Below are positions 10,308 to 21,226 of a stretch of 64,000 nucleotides of DNA, piece by piece. The stretch covers positions 1 to 64,000 of the forward strand of contig CAXXVO010000014.1 in NCBI GenBank assembly GCA_963422645.2, written 5' to 3'. Every line of letters starts with the position of its first letter. Positions within the stretch are counted from its first letter, which is position 1. The DNA is from Alphaproteobacteria bacterium (GTDB lineage Bacteria > Pseudomonadota > Alphaproteobacteria > UBA828). The translations under genes and the position numbers were made by a program. The notes under the pieces are model-generated. The model ran no database searches. It saw nothing but the letters and a program-made list of their open reading frames with translations, and was not told where the DNA came from.

Positions 10308-11432
10308 ATGGACATGGCCTCGCCGCCGGAACGTCCAGCGACGGACTACAGCAGTGCAGGCGTCGATGCCGATGCGGTCGAGGCCGGGCTCGCCGGGCTC
10401 GTGCGGCACGTGCGCGGCACCTGGCCGGCCGGCGAGAGCGGCCTCGGCGCGATCAAGGTCGGGCTCGGCTACTTCGCGAGCGTGCTGGATTTTGGGGGAG
10501 TCGGCGTCGCGGTCTGCACCGACGGCATCGGCACCAAGGCCCTGATCGCGCAGATGATGGGCCGCTACGATAGCGTCGGCATCGACTGTGTGGCGATGAA
10601 CGTCAACGATCTTATCTGCGTCGGCGCGCAGCCGATCACGCTGGTGGATTACATCGCCGTCGAGCGCGCGGAGCCTGCGATGCTCGAAGCCCTTGGCGCA
10701 GGCCTTGCCGAGGGCGCGCGGCGTGCCGGCGTCTCCATCGCGGGCGGCGAGATCGCCGCGATGCGCGACGTGATCAAGGGCGCGGTGCCGGAAGCCGGGT
10801 TCGACCTGGCGGCGACGGCGGTCGGGCGGGTCGCGCTCGACGCGGTCAACACGGGCGCCGCGGTGCAGGCGGGGGACAGCATCGTCGGCATCGCCAGCAG
10901 CGGCATCCACAGCAACGGGCTGACGCTCGCCCGGCGGGTCTTCTTCGAGAACGCGGGGCTCACCGTGGAGGACAGCGTGGAGGGCCTTGGCGAGACCGTG
11001 GGCGAGTCGCTGCTTCGCCCCACCCACATCTATGTCCGCGAGGCGCTGGACCTGCTGGCGAGCGAGGTGCCGGTGCATGCGCTGGCGCACATCACCGGCG
11101 ACGGCTTCCTCAACCTGACCCGGATCGAGGCGCAAGTCGGCATGCGGCTCGATGCGCTGCCCACGCCACCGCCGGTCTTCGCCGTGCTCCAGCGCCTGGG
11201 CGGCATCGAGGACGCGGAGATGTACCGGGTCTTCAACATGGGTATCGGCTTCTGCGTTATCGTGCCGCCCGAGCACGAGGACCGCGCCATCGAGATCCTC
11301 GGCAAAGACGGCAAGGCGTGCCAGCGGATTGGGACTGTGGTGGACGACGCGCAGGAGCGCGTCTGGATCGAGCAGGCAGAGCTGGTCGGCCGCGCCGGCC
11401 AAGGCTTCGTGCGCGAGCGCACCGAGCCGTAG
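10308..11432 (+). CDS. purM: Phosphoribosylformylglycinamidine cyclo-ligase (AIR synthase)
   Basis: YSSAGVD, TDGIGTK, GIDCVAMNVND, GGE, SSGIHSNG, AHITGDG and FNMGIG. Confidence 0.93.
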   Translation: MDMASPPERPATDYSSAGVDADAVEAGLAGLVRHVRGTWPAGESGLGAIKVGLGYFASVLDFGGVGVAVCTDGIGTKALIAQMMGRYDSVGIDCVAMNVNDLICVGAQPITLVDYIAVERAEPAMLEALGAGLAEGARRAGVSIAGGEIAAMRDVIKGAVPEAGFDLAATAVGRVALDAVNTGAAVQAGDSIVGIASSGIHSNGLTLARRVFFENAGLTVEDSVEGLGETVGESLLRPTHIYVREALDLLASEVPVHALAHITGDGFLNLTRIEAQVGMRLDALPTPPPVFAVLQRLGGIEDAEMYRVFNMGIGFCVIVPPEHEDRAIEILGKDGKACQRIGTVVDDAQERVWIEQAELVGRAGQGFVRERTEP

Positions 11433-11560
11433 CCCGGACCACCGTGCGCGGCACGGCTGGCGCCTGTAGTGGGCGCGGTCGACGTTGACCGCCCCGTGTC
11501 GGCTGGTCATAAGGAGGCTGGGCCGGCCTCCGGTCCGAGGCGGCGAGGGAGAAGGGCGCC

Positions 11561-12256
11561 ATGATCGATCTCTATTACTGGCCGACGCCGAACGGGTGGA
11601 AGCTCACCATTCTCTTCGAGGAGCTCGGCATCGCCTACAACGTGATTCCGGTGGACATCAACAAGGGCGAGCAGTTCGAGGCGGACTTCCTCACCATTGC
11701 GCCCAACAACCGGATGCCGGCGGTGGTCGACCCCGACGGCGCGGACGGCAAGCCGCTCTCGCTCTTCGAATCCGGCGCCATCATGCTGCACTACGCCGAC
11801 AAGCACGGCCGCTTCATCCCCGCCGACGAGCCGGGCCGCGCCGAGGTGCTGCAGTGGCTCTTCTTCCAGATGGGCAACGTCGGGCCGATGCTCGGCCAGT
11901 GCCACCACTTCCGCAACTACGCGCCCGAACAGCTCCCCTACGCGGTGGAGCGCTACACCAATGAGACGAGCCGGCTCTACCGCGTGGTGAACAAGCGCCT
12001 GGCGGACCGCGAGTGGGTCGCGGGCGACTATTCCATCGCCGACATGGCGACCTTCCCGTGGATGCGGCTCTGGATGAACCAGGGGCAGGAGATCGAGGAC
12101 TATCCCCACCTCGGCGCCTGGCTGGAGCGCAACAATGGACGCCCCGCCGTGCAGCGTGGCCTCGACGTGATGGCCGATCAGATCCGCAAGAAGCCCGTGT
12201 TCACCGAGGAAGAGCGCTCGATCATGTTCGGCGCCAAGCAGTTCGAAGCCCGCTAG
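11561..12256 (+). CDS. Glutathione S-transferase (YfcG/YghU type)
   Basis: TPNG, PNNRMP, FESGAI and YSIADMA. Confidence 0.92.
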   Translation: MIDLYYWPTPNGWKLTILFEELGIAYNVIPVDINKGEQFEADFLTIAPNNRMPAVVDPDGADGKPLSLFESGAIMLHYADKHGRFIPADEPGRAEVLQWLFFQMGNVGPMLGQCHHFRNYAPEQLPYAVERYTNETSRLYRVVNKRLADREWVAGDYSIADMATFPWMRLWMNQGQEIEDYPHLGAWLERNNGRPAVQRGLDVMADQIRKKPVFTEEERSIMFGAKQFEAR

Positions 12257-12267
12257 GGAGTGAAGCA

Positions 12268-12885
12268 ATGATCGACCTCTACACCTTTGGCACGCCGAAT
12301 GGCGTGAAGGCCTCCATCATGCTCGAGGAGGTCGGGCTCCCCTACCGGGCGCACACGATCAACATCCTGGAGGACGAGCAGTTCGACCCCGCGTTCCTCA
12401 AGATCAGCCCCAACAACAAGATCCCGGCGATCGTCGATTCCGAGGGGCCGGATGGCGAGCCGATCTCGCTCTTCGAATCCGGCGCAATCCTGCTCTATCT
12501 TGCGGACAAGACCGGCCAGCTGATCCCGACGGACGCGCGCGGGCGCTGGCGTGTGATGGAGTGGCTGATGTTCCAGATGGGGGGCGTCGGCCCGATGTTC
12601 GGCCAGGCCAACCATTTCCGCCGTTTCGCCAAGGAGGAGGTGCCCTACGCCATCGAGCGCTACACCACCGAGGCGCACCGGCTCTACGGCGTGATGGACC
12701 GGAGGCTGGCGGAGCACGACTTCCTCGCCGGCGACTACTCCATCGCCGACATCGCTTGCTTCGGCTGGGTCGGGCGCTGGGAGTGGCACGGCATCGACTT
12801 GGCCGATCTCCCGAACCTGCACCGCTGGTTCGAGACCATCGGCGCCCGGCCGGCGGTGCAGCGGGGGCTCAAGGTCCCGCACTAA
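12268..12885 (+). CDS. Glutathione S-transferase (YfcG type), tandem paralogue
   Basis: TPNG, SPNNKIP and FESGAIL; ribosome-binding site GGGAG. Confidence 0.92.
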   Translation: MIDLYTFGTPNGVKASIMLEEVGLPYRAHTINILEDEQFDPAFLKISPNNKIPAIVDSEGPDGEPISLFESGAILLYLADKTGQLIPTDARGRWRVMEWLMFQMGGVGPMFGQANHFRRFAKEEVPYAIERYTTEAHRLYGVMDRRLAEHDFLAGDYSIADIACFGWVGRWEWHGIDLADLPNLHRWFETIGARPAVQRGLKVPH

Positions 12886-12896
12886 GGGGGCCGGGC

Positions 12897-13391
12897 ATGG
12901 CGGACCCGATCGCACATCCGGCTGTGCGCCGGGTACAGGCGGCGCTCGCCGAAGCGGGGTCGCAGGCGCAGGTGATCGCGCTCGCCAGCACCGCGCGGAG
13001 CGCCGAGGACGCGGCCCAGAGTATCGGCACGCCGCTCGGCAGCATCGTGAAGTCGCTGGTCTTCACGGTCGCAGGCTCGCCGGTGATGGCGCTGGTCGCG
13101 GGCGACCGGCGCTGCGACCCGAAGGCGCTGGGGCGGGCGCTCGGCCGCGAGGGAAAAGTCCGCCGCGCCGATGCCGATGCCGTTCGCGCCGCCACGGGCT
13201 TCTCCATCGGCGGCGTCGCTCCGGTGGCACACGAAACCCCGCTGCCGGTCGCAATCGACGCGAGCCTCGGCCGCTTCCAGACCGTCTACGCCGCCGCCGG
13301 CCACCCGCACTGCGTGTTCGCGACCAGCTTGAGCGAGCTGGAACGCCTCACCGGCGGCACGGTCAGCGCAGACATCGCGCTCGCCCAGTAG
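12897..13391 (+). CDS. YbaK/EbsC aminoacyl-tRNA deacylase family protein
   Basis: IVKSLVF, TGFSIGGVAP and YAAAG. Confidence 0.9.
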   Translation: MADPIAHPAVRRVQAALAEAGSQAQVIALASTARSAEDAAQSIGTPLGSIVKSLVFTVAGSPVMALVAGDRRCDPKALGRALGREGKVRRADADAVRAATGFSIGGVAPVAHETPLPVAIDASLGRFQTVYAAAGHPHCVFATSLSELERLTGGTVSADIALAQ

Positions 13392-13404
13392 AGGACGCGT
13401 CGAG

Positions 13405-14034
13405 TCAACTGTCTGGTGGGCTCCGCATCAGGCGGGCGAGCGCGGCGGCCTCTTGCCCGAAGCCCTCGCTCTCGACGTGCCGTGCAGCCTGCAGACGAAC
13501 GCTGCCCTCCTTGTTCTGATTGAGCTTCCAGGTTCCCTCCACGCTCTCCACCGAGAGCTCGACCGGCATGATGGAGCGCATCAGCGTGCCGAGCTGGTCT
13601 GGCGACACCTTGGCTGGCGTCCACGGGGGCTTGGGCCGCAGCTCGTCCTCGAACCGGGCCGACAACGCGTCCAGGTGGGCGCGGAGCGCCTCATCCGCGC
13701 GGCGTCGGAGCGTGCCCCGGATGTGCACGGCCACGTAGTTCCACGTCGGGACCTGATCCGCCGTCCCGGTGCCGTACCAGTCCGGCGAGACGTAGCTGTC
13801 CGGTCCGCTGACGGCGAGCACGGCCGCCTGCTCCCCCGCACGCAGGCGGCCCGCGATCGGATTCGAACGAACGAGATGGGCATGAATAGCCGCGCCGTCT
13901 TCGACCAGGATGAATGGAATGTGGCTGACGAGCGGGCCCCCGCCGTCGATGGCCAGGACACCGAATCCTCGTTGCGCCGCGAAGCTCAGGTTGCGCTCTC
14001 GGGAGACTCGCCGGAAGGCAGGATTGCTGTGCAC
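13405..14034 (-). CDS. FMN-binding PaiB-family protein
   Basis: SHIPF, YVSPDWY, VPTWNY and KLNQNK. Confidence 0.88.
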   Translation of the reverse strand: MHSNPAFRRVSRERNLSFAAQRGFGVLAIDGGGPLVSHIPFILVEDGAAIHAHLVRSNPIAGRLRAGEQAAVLAVSGPDSYVSPDWYGTGTADQVPTWNYVAVHIRGTLRRRADEALRAHLDALSARFEDELRPKPPWTPAKVSPDQLGTLMRSIMPVELSVESVEGTWKLNQNKEGSVRLQAARHVESEGFGQEAAALARLMRSPPDS

Positions 14035-14108
14035 TGAACCAGAGCCCTTCTTCTTGCCTCAAGGTCGCCAGCACGCGGGATGCGACGCGTTCGAGAGCGT
14101 ATCACCTG

Positions 14109-14921
14109 CTACTCAAGAACCGGCAGCGCCACGAGGTAGTCGAAGAGCGCCTTGGCGATGCGCCGGCGCTCGGGCTCGGGCAGGCGGTCGGAAAGGGGCG
14201 ACATCGTGGTCTCTTCGAGAACCGAGAGCGGCGCCAGCACCAGGCGAATGAACTCGTCCTCCTCGTAGACCTTCGCGACTTCCGCCAGGTTGGCCTCGAA
14301 CTTCTCTCCGCCGTAGCCGTTCACCAGGTGGCAGCTCAGGCAGTGCGTCTTAGCCAGCGCAGCGCCCTCGTGAAAGCGGGCGTCGAGGCCCTCGGGTAGC
14401 AACGCCGCGTCCGAGAGCGTGACCAGGTTCACCTCGGCCACCTGATAGGGCCAGTTGCGCGCGCCCTCCGCCAAGAGGGCCGGGTTCCCGATGTTGTCCC
14501 AGGCCAGGTAATAGGGGCCGAGCGGCACGTCGGTCTGGTTCTGCGCAAGGTTGTCCACCGTGAAGGGAGAGCCATCCCCGCGCGCGAAGACGATGAACGC
14601 GCCCTCGGTCATGAAGCGCTCGACCGCAATGCGGGAGACGTAACCGTCCAGCGCGCGGAACTCGATGGTCTCCGCCTCGCTTTGCCAGTCGGGGCCGAAG
14701 AGACGAAGCATCACGTCGACGGCCGGGTAGCCCACGTAGTCGACCGCGATATGCTCCTCGCCGACGCTCAGGTGCGGCTCGTAGACCGTGACCGTCCCGG
14801 CAGGGGCGCCCATCTGGGCCTCGAGGTCGTCGACGGGCGGCATCTCCGCCGCGTGGAGGGGGGATAGCGCCAACAGCGCCAGCCCGAGCACGGCGCCAGG
14901 CAAGGTGAACCACCGATACAT
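14109..14921 (-). CDS. Exported c-type cytochrome domain protein
   Basis: Signal peptide; ALDGY, GPYYL and WPYQV motifs; C-terminal CLSCH heme motif. Confidence 0.75.
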   Translation of the reverse strand: MYRWFTLPGAVLGLALLALSPLHAAEMPPVDDLEAQMGAPAGTVTVYEPHLSVGEEHIAVDYVGYPAVDVMLRLFGPDWQSEAETIEFRALDGYVSRIAVERFMTEGAFIVFARGDGSPFTVDNLAQNQTDVPLGPYYLAWDNIGNPALLAEGARNWPYQVAEVNLVTLSDAALLPEGLDARFHEGAALAKTHCLSCHLVNGYGGEKFEANLAEVAKVYEEDEFIRLVLAPLSVLEETTMSPLSDRLPEPERRRIAKALFDYLVALPVLE

Positions 14922-15106
14922 CGCTTTCTCTCCCTGTCCAGGAAAGCGCCCGTCCCGGCGCCGGGCGGGCCGGCCCGCATCGTAAGCGCCTCGCGCTCCG
15001 CCGCTCAACCGCCGCGGCGTGTCCTCCGCCCTTCCATCCAGACCGCGATCTGCTATGTCTCCAGGGCGGAACGCGGCATCGCCGCAGTGCGCGGCGGGAG
15101 GAGACG

Positions 15107-16390
15107 ATGGCAGCCAAGGCGGCACCCGAGACACGCCGGAACCGGGCATTCCCGCAGGCGAGCCGGGCCTGGGACGGGCTCAAGGCGGAGATGCTGTCGG
15201 CGCGCGAGACCGACAACCCCTGGTGCCACGAGCGAAGTTTTTCGGCCGCTTACTTCGCGGGCGAGGACGTGCTGCGCTGCGCACACGAGGCCTACGACGC
15301 CTACCGGGACGAGAACGGCCTCTTCGCCGCGAGCGCCTATCCGAGCCTGGCTGCGCTGGAGCGCGCCCTGATCGCGGGCGTGCTCGACCTCCTGCACGCG
15401 CCCGAAGGCGCCGGCGGCTCCACCACCGCCGGCGGCACCGAGAGCATCCTCATGGCCATGAAGGCCGCGCGGGACTGGGCGCGCGAGTACCGCCCGGTCG
15501 CGGGCGAGCCCGAGGTCGTGGTGCCGAAGACGGCCCACGCCGCCTTCGACAAGGGCGCCGCGTGGCTCGGCATGAAGGTCGTGCGCATGTCCCGCAGCGA
15601 GGGCTGGCGTGCGGACGTCGCCGGCATGGCCGATGCCATTACCGAGAACACCGTGATGATTGCGGGCTCGGCGCCACCCTATCCCTACGGCGAGACCGAC
15701 CCCATCGAGGAGATCGCCGCTCTTGCCCAGGCGCACGACCTCTGGATGCATTCCGACGGCTGCATCGGCGGCATGATCCTGCCCTTCATGGCGATGCTGG
15801 GCGAGCCGATCCCGCCCTTCGACTTCGCGGTCCCCGGCGTCACCTCGATGTCGGTGGACATGCACAAGTTCGGCTACGCCCACAAGGGCATCTCGCTCTG
15901 CCTGCTGCGCGACAAGACCCTGGAGCGCCACCACCGCACCACCTTCGACGGCTGGCCCGCCGGCACCTATTCCACGCCCACGATCACCGGCACCCGCTCG
16001 GGCGGCGCCGTCGCCAGCGCCTGGGCGGTGATGACCACGCTGGGGGAAGAGGGTTACCTGCGCATCTACGAGACCCAGCGGCGCATCCGCGAGCGGCTGG
16101 TGGAGGGGATCGGCGCGATCGACGGGCTCGTGGTGCTCGGCCACCCGCATGCGCTCCACGTCACCTTCTACGCCGACGGCTTCGACATCTTCGCGGTGGA
16201 GGAAGGGACGGCGGCACGCCGCTGGCGTTCGATCCGCATGCGCGAGCCCGATTCCATCCTGCTCTGGCTCAACATGAAGCACGCTGACAGCATCGACGAC
16301 TATCTCTCCGACCTTGCCGACGTCACAGCCCAGGTGAGGCGCGGCGGCCTCACCGCGGCCAGGCGCGGCGCCTCCAACTATGCGACCTGA
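15107..16390 (+). CDS. PLP-dependent group II decarboxylase / sphingosine-1-phosphate lyase-like protein
   Basis: GGTESI, AHAAFDK, HSDGCIGG and SVDMHKFGY. Confidence 0.88.
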   Translation: MAAKAAPETRRNRAFPQASRAWDGLKAEMLSARETDNPWCHERSFSAAYFAGEDVLRCAHEAYDAYRDENGLFAASAYPSLAALERALIAGVLDLLHAPEGAGGSTTAGGTESILMAMKAARDWAREYRPVAGEPEVVVPKTAHAAFDKGAAWLGMKVVRMSRSEGWRADVAGMADAITENTVMIAGSAPPYPYGETDPIEEIAALAQAHDLWMHSDGCIGGMILPFMAMLGEPIPPFDFAVPGVTSMSVDMHKFGYAHKGISLCLLRDKTLERHHRTTFDGWPAGTYSTPTITGTRSGGAVASAWAVMTTLGEEGYLRIYETQRRIRERLVEGIGAIDGLVVLGHPHALHVTFYADGFDIFAVEEGTAARRWRSIRMREPDSILLWLNMKHADSIDDYLSDLADVTAQVRRGGLTAARRGASNYAT

Positions 16391-16414
16391 CGCGAGCCGG
16401 GCCCGGAGCCGGCC

Positions 16415-17533
16415 GTGAGCCTCGCCGTCGACAGCGATTTCGACGGCGGCAACATCCGCTGTCTCGCGGCCAGGTCTCCCGGTGCAGTCAGGCTGGAGAT
16501 CGTGCCCGACGCGGGCGGGGCGTTCTTCCAGTGGTTCTACTTCCGGGTGCAGGGCGCGGCGGGCGAGGACTGCGTGCTCAGGATCGAGAACGCGAGCGGC
16601 GCGACGTACAGCGAGGGCTGGAAGGGCTATCGGGCCGTCGCCTCGGAGGATGGCGAGGACTGGCTCCGCGTCGCGACCGAGTACGACGGCAAGATGCTTA
16701 CCATCCGGCACCGCCCCGCCGGTGACGAGGTGCGCTTCGCCTACTTCGCGCCCTACCCGATGGCGCGCCACGACGCGCTCATCGCGGGCGCCGCCCGCTG
16801 GCCCCTGGCCGCTGCGCGCCGGCTCGGCGATACCCTGGACGGCGCGCTGCTCGACCTGCTGGAGATCGGTGCAGCAGAGCCGCGCACCTGCTGGATCATC
16901 GGGCGCCAGCATCCTGGCGAGACCATGGCCGAGTGGTGGATGGAGGGGTTTCTGGAGCGGCTGCTCGACCCCGGCGATGCGCTCGCCCGCGCGCTGCTGG
17001 AGAAGACGCGCTTCCGCGTGGTGCCGAACATGAATCCGGACGGCAGCCGGCGCGGCCATCTCAGGACCAACGCGGCGGGCATCAACCTCAACCGCGCCTG
17101 GTCTGCGCCCAGCTTGGAGGAGAGCCCCGAGGTCTATCTCGTCGGTGCCGAGATGGCGCGCACCGGTGTCGATTTCTGCCTCGACGTGCATGGTGACGAG
17201 GCCTTGCCCTACGCCTTCATCGCCGGGCCCGAGGGCATCCCCTCATACTCCGACGCACTGGCGCGGAAGCAGAGGCGCTTCCAGGACGCGCTCGTGGCGG
17301 CCAACGCCGACTTTCAGACCCGGTACGGCTATTCGCCGACGCCGCCCGGCAGGGCCAATCTCGGCATCTGCGCCAACTACGTGGCGGAGACCTACGGCTG
17401 TCTCGCCATGACCCTGGAGCAGCCCTTCAAGGACGCGGCGAACGCGCCCGATCCCCGCCACGGCTGGTCGCCAGCGCATTGCCACAGGCTCGGCCGGAGT
17501 TGCCTGGAGGCGCTCGCCGCGGTGATCGAATAG
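16415..17533 (+). CDS. M14-type cytosolic carboxypeptidase
   Basis: FDGGN, QWFYF, QHPGE, NPDG, NLNRAW and DVHGDE. Confidence 0.92.
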   Translation: MSLAVDSDFDGGNIRCLAARSPGAVRLEIVPDAGGAFFQWFYFRVQGAAGEDCVLRIENASGATYSEGWKGYRAVASEDGEDWLRVATEYDGKMLTIRHRPAGDEVRFAYFAPYPMARHDALIAGAARWPLAAARRLGDTLDGALLDLLEIGAAEPRTCWIIGRQHPGETMAEWWMEGFLERLLDPGDALARALLEKTRFRVVPNMNPDGSRRGHLRTNAAGINLNRAWSAPSLEESPEVYLVGAEMARTGVDFCLDVHGDEALPYAFIAGPEGIPSYSDALARKQRRFQDALVAANADFQTRYGYSPTPPGRANLGICANYVAETYGCLAMTLEQPFKDAANAPDPRHGWSPAHCHRLGRSCLEALAAVIE

Positions 17534-17542
17534 CCGGGGAAT

Positions 17543-18712
17543 TCACCCGGCGTCGTCGCAGAGCCCTTCTCTCGATTCCGCGAGCACCTGTTCGACCACA
17601 CGGTGCAATGCCTCCGCCTCGCTGTCGCCCTCCAGCCGGCGCAGGCGATAGAGGTCGACCTGGCGGTCCGCGCCGGTGCCATCCTTGATAATGGAAAGCG
17701 CGTGGCGCACCTCGGCCTCGCAGCCGAGCACGCGGGCATCGTCTGTGAGCTGTTCCACCAATGCCGCCGTGTAGTCGTCGATGTCGATCCGCCCGCTGCC
17801 GGAGGCCCTGTCGCCGAAGAAGGCGTGAACGCCGTAGCGCTGGGCAATCCAGCGGTCCTGCGCGATGAACTCGGTGAGCGGCTCGGCCGGAAGCGCGCCG
17901 TCACGGTCTCGCCGCAAGAGCCAGCGGATGAGGGAGGCGTAGAGCGCTGCGATACACACGGCATCCTCCAGGCGCGTGCACACGTCGCAGATGCGCAGCT
18001 CGATGGTCGGAAACGCACTGGCCGGGCGAATGTCCCACCAGAGCTCCCTGGCATCGCCGATGTATTCCAAGCGTCGATATTCGCCGACGAGCTGCTCGTA
18101 TTCGGCCCGGGAGTGCAGCGGGCCGGGCAGGCCCGTGCGCGGCAGGTTGCCCATCATGGTCAGGCGGAAGGACTTGAACCCGGTGTCGTGCCCGCTGTTG
18201 AAGGGCGAGGAGGCGGAGAGCGCATGGAGCAGCGGCAGGTAGCGCCTGAGCGCGGTCATGATGCGGATGCGCGAGTCTTCGTCGCCGAAGCCCGCATGGA
18301 TGTGCATGCCGCTGACCAGGGCGCGGCGCACGGTCTCCTGGTAGGTGGACGCGAAGCGCCTGTAGCGCTCGCCTGGCGTGGGCGCCTGCTCCCGCCATGA
18401 GGCGAAGGGATGGGTGGATGCAGCCATCACCCTTGCGCCGTGCTGCTCCGCCGCCTCGATGACGATCCGCCTGGTGTCGCGCAGTGCCTGGCGCACTTCG
18501 GCCACGGAGCTGCACACCCGCGTATTGGTCTCGATCTGCGAGCGCAGGAACTCGCGCACGACCTTGTGCGGCCCGCCGGTCCGCTCGCAGGCCTCGAAGA
18601 TGCCCTCGTCCGGATCGGCGAGCAGGTCACGGGAGACGGGATCGACGAGGAAGAACTCCTCCTCGACCCCGAGCGTGATCGCGAGGTCGTGCCCGGTAGT
18701 GGCAGCGGTCAT
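17543..18712 (-). CDS. Carboxylate-amine ligase (YbdK/GCS2 family)
   Basis: TLGVEEE, GMHIH, SASSPF, WWDIRP and TIELRICD. Confidence 0.92.
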   Translation of the reverse strand: MTAATTGHDLAITLGVEEEFFLVDPVSRDLLADPDEGIFEACERTGGPHKVVREFLRSQIETNTRVCSSVAEVRQALRDTRRIVIEAAEQHGARVMAASTHPFASWREQAPTPGERYRRFASTYQETVRRALVSGMHIHAGFGDEDSRIRIMTALRRYLPLLHALSASSPFNSGHDTGFKSFRLTMMGNLPRTGLPGPLHSRAEYEQLVGEYRRLEYIGDARELWWDIRPASAFPTIELRICDVCTRLEDAVCIAALYASLIRWLLRRDRDGALPAEPLTEFIAQDRWIAQRYGVHAFFGDRASGSGRIDIDDYTAALVEQLTDDARVLGCEAEVRHALSIIKDGTGADRQVDLYRLRRLEGDSEAEALHRVVEQVLAESREGLCDDAG

Positions 18713-18746
18713 CGTCTACCCTCGGCGTAACGCAGGCCTGACCACA

Positions 18747-19799
18747 CTAAAGCCGGTCGAACTCGTCGTAGTTCATCGAGCTCGTGCGCGCGTGCTCGGC
18801 GTCCGCGCTGCTCAGGCCGATCGTCCAGCCTGCGGTGCGCCTGTCGTACTCGATTCGCTCGGTGAACTTGCGCGCCGATAGTCGTCGGGAGAAGGAGTCG
18901 CAACCCCGGCTGAAGTGGGAGCCGGTCGCAAAGGCGATTTCGTAGGAACCGGTCGGTATGCTCTCGACCAGCGCCGTTTGCCCCGCCGCGACAAAGACCG
19001 AAAGAGCCACATCGTCGGACTCGCCGATCAACTTGATGTATGCGTCGTCCGTCGCTGCGTTATCGACCACGATCCAGCCCCTGCCGTCGAGATCGATGTC
19101 CTGCCTGACCACGTCGTTGTGCTGCGCACTCTCACCCGCATGGTCCTCGCAGTAGTTGAAGCGTGCTTCCACCCCAGGCCCGCTTTCCACGAGATCGCCG
19201 AGAATCCACCCGAACGTGGGCGCTTCGCCCGGCGCGGGCGGCGGCCATTCGACCTCGTGCCACGGCTTCTCGACGCGGCCGGTCTCGATGAGGTCTCCCC
19301 ATTGCGGCGCATGCCCGAGTTCCTCGGCGCTCTCTCCAGGCGCAGCCCTGACCGTGGCGAGTGTGGCCTCGACGTGGACCCGCCGCGCTTCCCGCTCGGC
19401 CCTCGCCTGCTGGACTCGCGATGCGCCCTGCTCCCGAAGCGCCATTTGTTTGTCGGACGTTACTTCCTGCTCGACGGCTGTCCTGTCTCGCTCGTCGTAC
19501 ATCCTGTTGGAGCAGCTCTCGTTGTAAATCGAGGACTGCGAGCTGTAGCCCTCGATCTCCCAGACTCTCCGGGGATCCAACGCATCCCTCTGCCCGTCCA
19601 GTCTCAGGGATTCGAACATGCACCAGCGGAGTTCGGGCCCCGTCAGGCGTTCGTCCTCATCCGGCATGACCTCTTCGGAGGCGGCGGCCGAGACGCACTC
19701 GTCGGCAGCGATCGTGGCCAAGCCCAGCGCAAGCGCACCAACGGTCGCCATCACCCCGAATCGAGCAAGACGTTGACGAGCAGTTCGCATCGTTGTCAT
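18747..19799 (-). CDS. Exported hypothetical protein with an SH3-like central domain
   Basis: Signal peptide; ATVRAAPG...WHEV...FGWI pattern. Confidence 0.6.
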   Translation of the reverse strand: MTTMRTARQRLARFGVMATVGALALGLATIAADECVSAAASEEVMPDEDERLTGPELRWCMFESLRLDGQRDALDPRRVWEIEGYSSQSSIYNESCSNRMYDERDRTAVEQEVTSDKQMALREQGASRVQQARAEREARRVHVEATLATVRAAPGESAEELGHAPQWGDLIETGRVEKPWHEVEWPPPAPGEAPTFGWILGDLVESGPGVEARFNYCEDHAGESAQHNDVVRQDIDLDGRGWIVVDNAATDDAYIKLIGESDDVALSVFVAAGQTALVESIPTGSYEIAFATGSHFSRGCDSFSRRLSARKFTERIEYDRRTAGWTIGLSSADAEHARTSSMNYDEFDRL

Positions 19800-20066
19800 G
19801 GGTTCCGCCCCTTCATTGCGAGGGTGGAGTCCGCGCTTCCGTGCCGGCCGCCGCAGGGAGCGTGACGGCTCCGAATCGCGCGCCTAGCGACCCTATGCTA
19901 AGCGATTCACGGTGCAGCCCGGAAGCCTCACCATAACCGCGGTGTGGCCGCCGGACGCGCGCTGACGCCGGTCGCGGGCGGACTCAGCGCGGGCCGAGTC
20001 TTGCGCGGAGCCGCGCCCGACACAATGGGCTAGTATGGACGGGAACACGACCGCGAAGAGGAAGCG

Positions 20067-21203
20067 TTGCAGCACCACACCGAACTGCGCCTCGCCGCCG
20101 AAGCGCTCGACCGCATCGGCCGCCGCGCCTTGCCTGAGGCCCAATCCGCCATGGCGGTGGACGGCACCCGCTACACCTGCAAGGAAGCGCTTGCGGGAGA
20201 GATCGAGAGGCTCTTCCGGGGCCACCCGCTGCCCGTCGCCTTCGGCTGCGAGGTCGCCGAGCCCGGCGACTTTCTGACGCTCGACATCGCCGGCGTGCCG
20301 GTCATGCTGATCCGCGACGACGAGGGCAGGGTGCGCGGGCTGCTGAACACGTGCCGGCACCGCGGCGCCAGGCTGCTCGACGGCGCCGGCCAAGTGGGCA
20401 AGGCCCTCGTCTGCCCCTACCACAACTGGACCTACGACCGCTGCGGCGTGCTCACGGCACAGCCGGGGGCCGAGCACTTCCCGGATGTCGTCGTCGGCGA
20501 GGAGTCCCTGGTGCGCTTCCCCGCGGAGGAGCGCGACGGCTTCGTCTGGCTGCTGCTGGACCCCGCCGGGACGCTCGATCTCGACGAAGCCCTCGGCGAA
20601 TTCGGGGCCGAGCTTGCGGCCTTCGGGCTCGCGGATTACCGCCACCGCGGCAGTCATGCCTGGACCAAGCGGATGAACTGGAAGCTCGGGGTCGATACCT
20701 TCCTCGAGTACTACCACGTGCCCATCCTGCACCGCGCCTCCATCGGCAAGACGCTCTTCGGCACGGTCTTCCTCTACGAGGCCTACGGCCGGCATTCGCG
20801 CCTGGTGGCGCCCCGCCGCAGCATCCTCGACCAGCGCGACGACGACCCGGCCACGTGGCGCGTGGTGCCGCACGCGACCATCGTCTACCGCCTCTTCCCC
20901 AATGCGGTGTTCGTGAGCCAGGGCCCGCACGTCGAGCTTGCGCGCTTCTTTCCCGACCCCGAGCGGCCCGACACCACGGTGTGCCGCTTCAGCTTCGCCT
21001 CGCCCGCCGGCGACGAGAGGGAGCGCGACTGGGAGGAGATGATGCGGCTCGCGCTCGGTGTGCTGGACAACGAGGACTTTGCCGTGATGGAGGGCGTGCA
21101 GGCGAACCTCGCCGCAGGCATCCAACGCGAAATCGTCTTCGGCCGGAACGAGATCGGCCTGCAGAATTTCCATCAGATACGCGATGCCGCGCTCGCCGGC
21201 TGA
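20067..21203 (+). CDS. Rieske ring-hydroxylating oxygenase alpha subunit
   Basis: CRHRG...CPYHNW, NWK..DTFLEYYHVPILH and ED; start codon uncertain. Confidence 0.9.
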   Translation: MQHHTELRLAAEALDRIGRRALPEAQSAMAVDGTRYTCKEALAGEIERLFRGHPLPVAFGCEVAEPGDFLTLDIAGVPVMLIRDDEGRVRGLLNTCRHRGARLLDGAGQVGKALVCPYHNWTYDRCGVLTAQPGAEHFPDVVVGEESLVRFPAEERDGFVWLLLDPAGTLDLDEALGEFGAELAAFGLADYRHRGSHAWTKRMNWKLGVDTFLEYYHVPILHRASIGKTLFGTVFLYEAYGRHSRLVAPRRSILDQRDDDPATWRVVPHATIVYRLFPNAVFVSQGPHVELARFFPDPERPDTTVCRFSFASPAGDERERDWEEMMRLALGVLDNEDFAVMEGVQANLAAGIQREIVFGRNEIGLQNFHQIRDAALAG

Positions 21204-21226
21204 ACGCGGCGCCGGAGAGCACCAGC

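Noticed and set aside
11561-12885. Tandem GST pair as a novel system
   Set aside because: Ordinary paralogue pair with no unusual features
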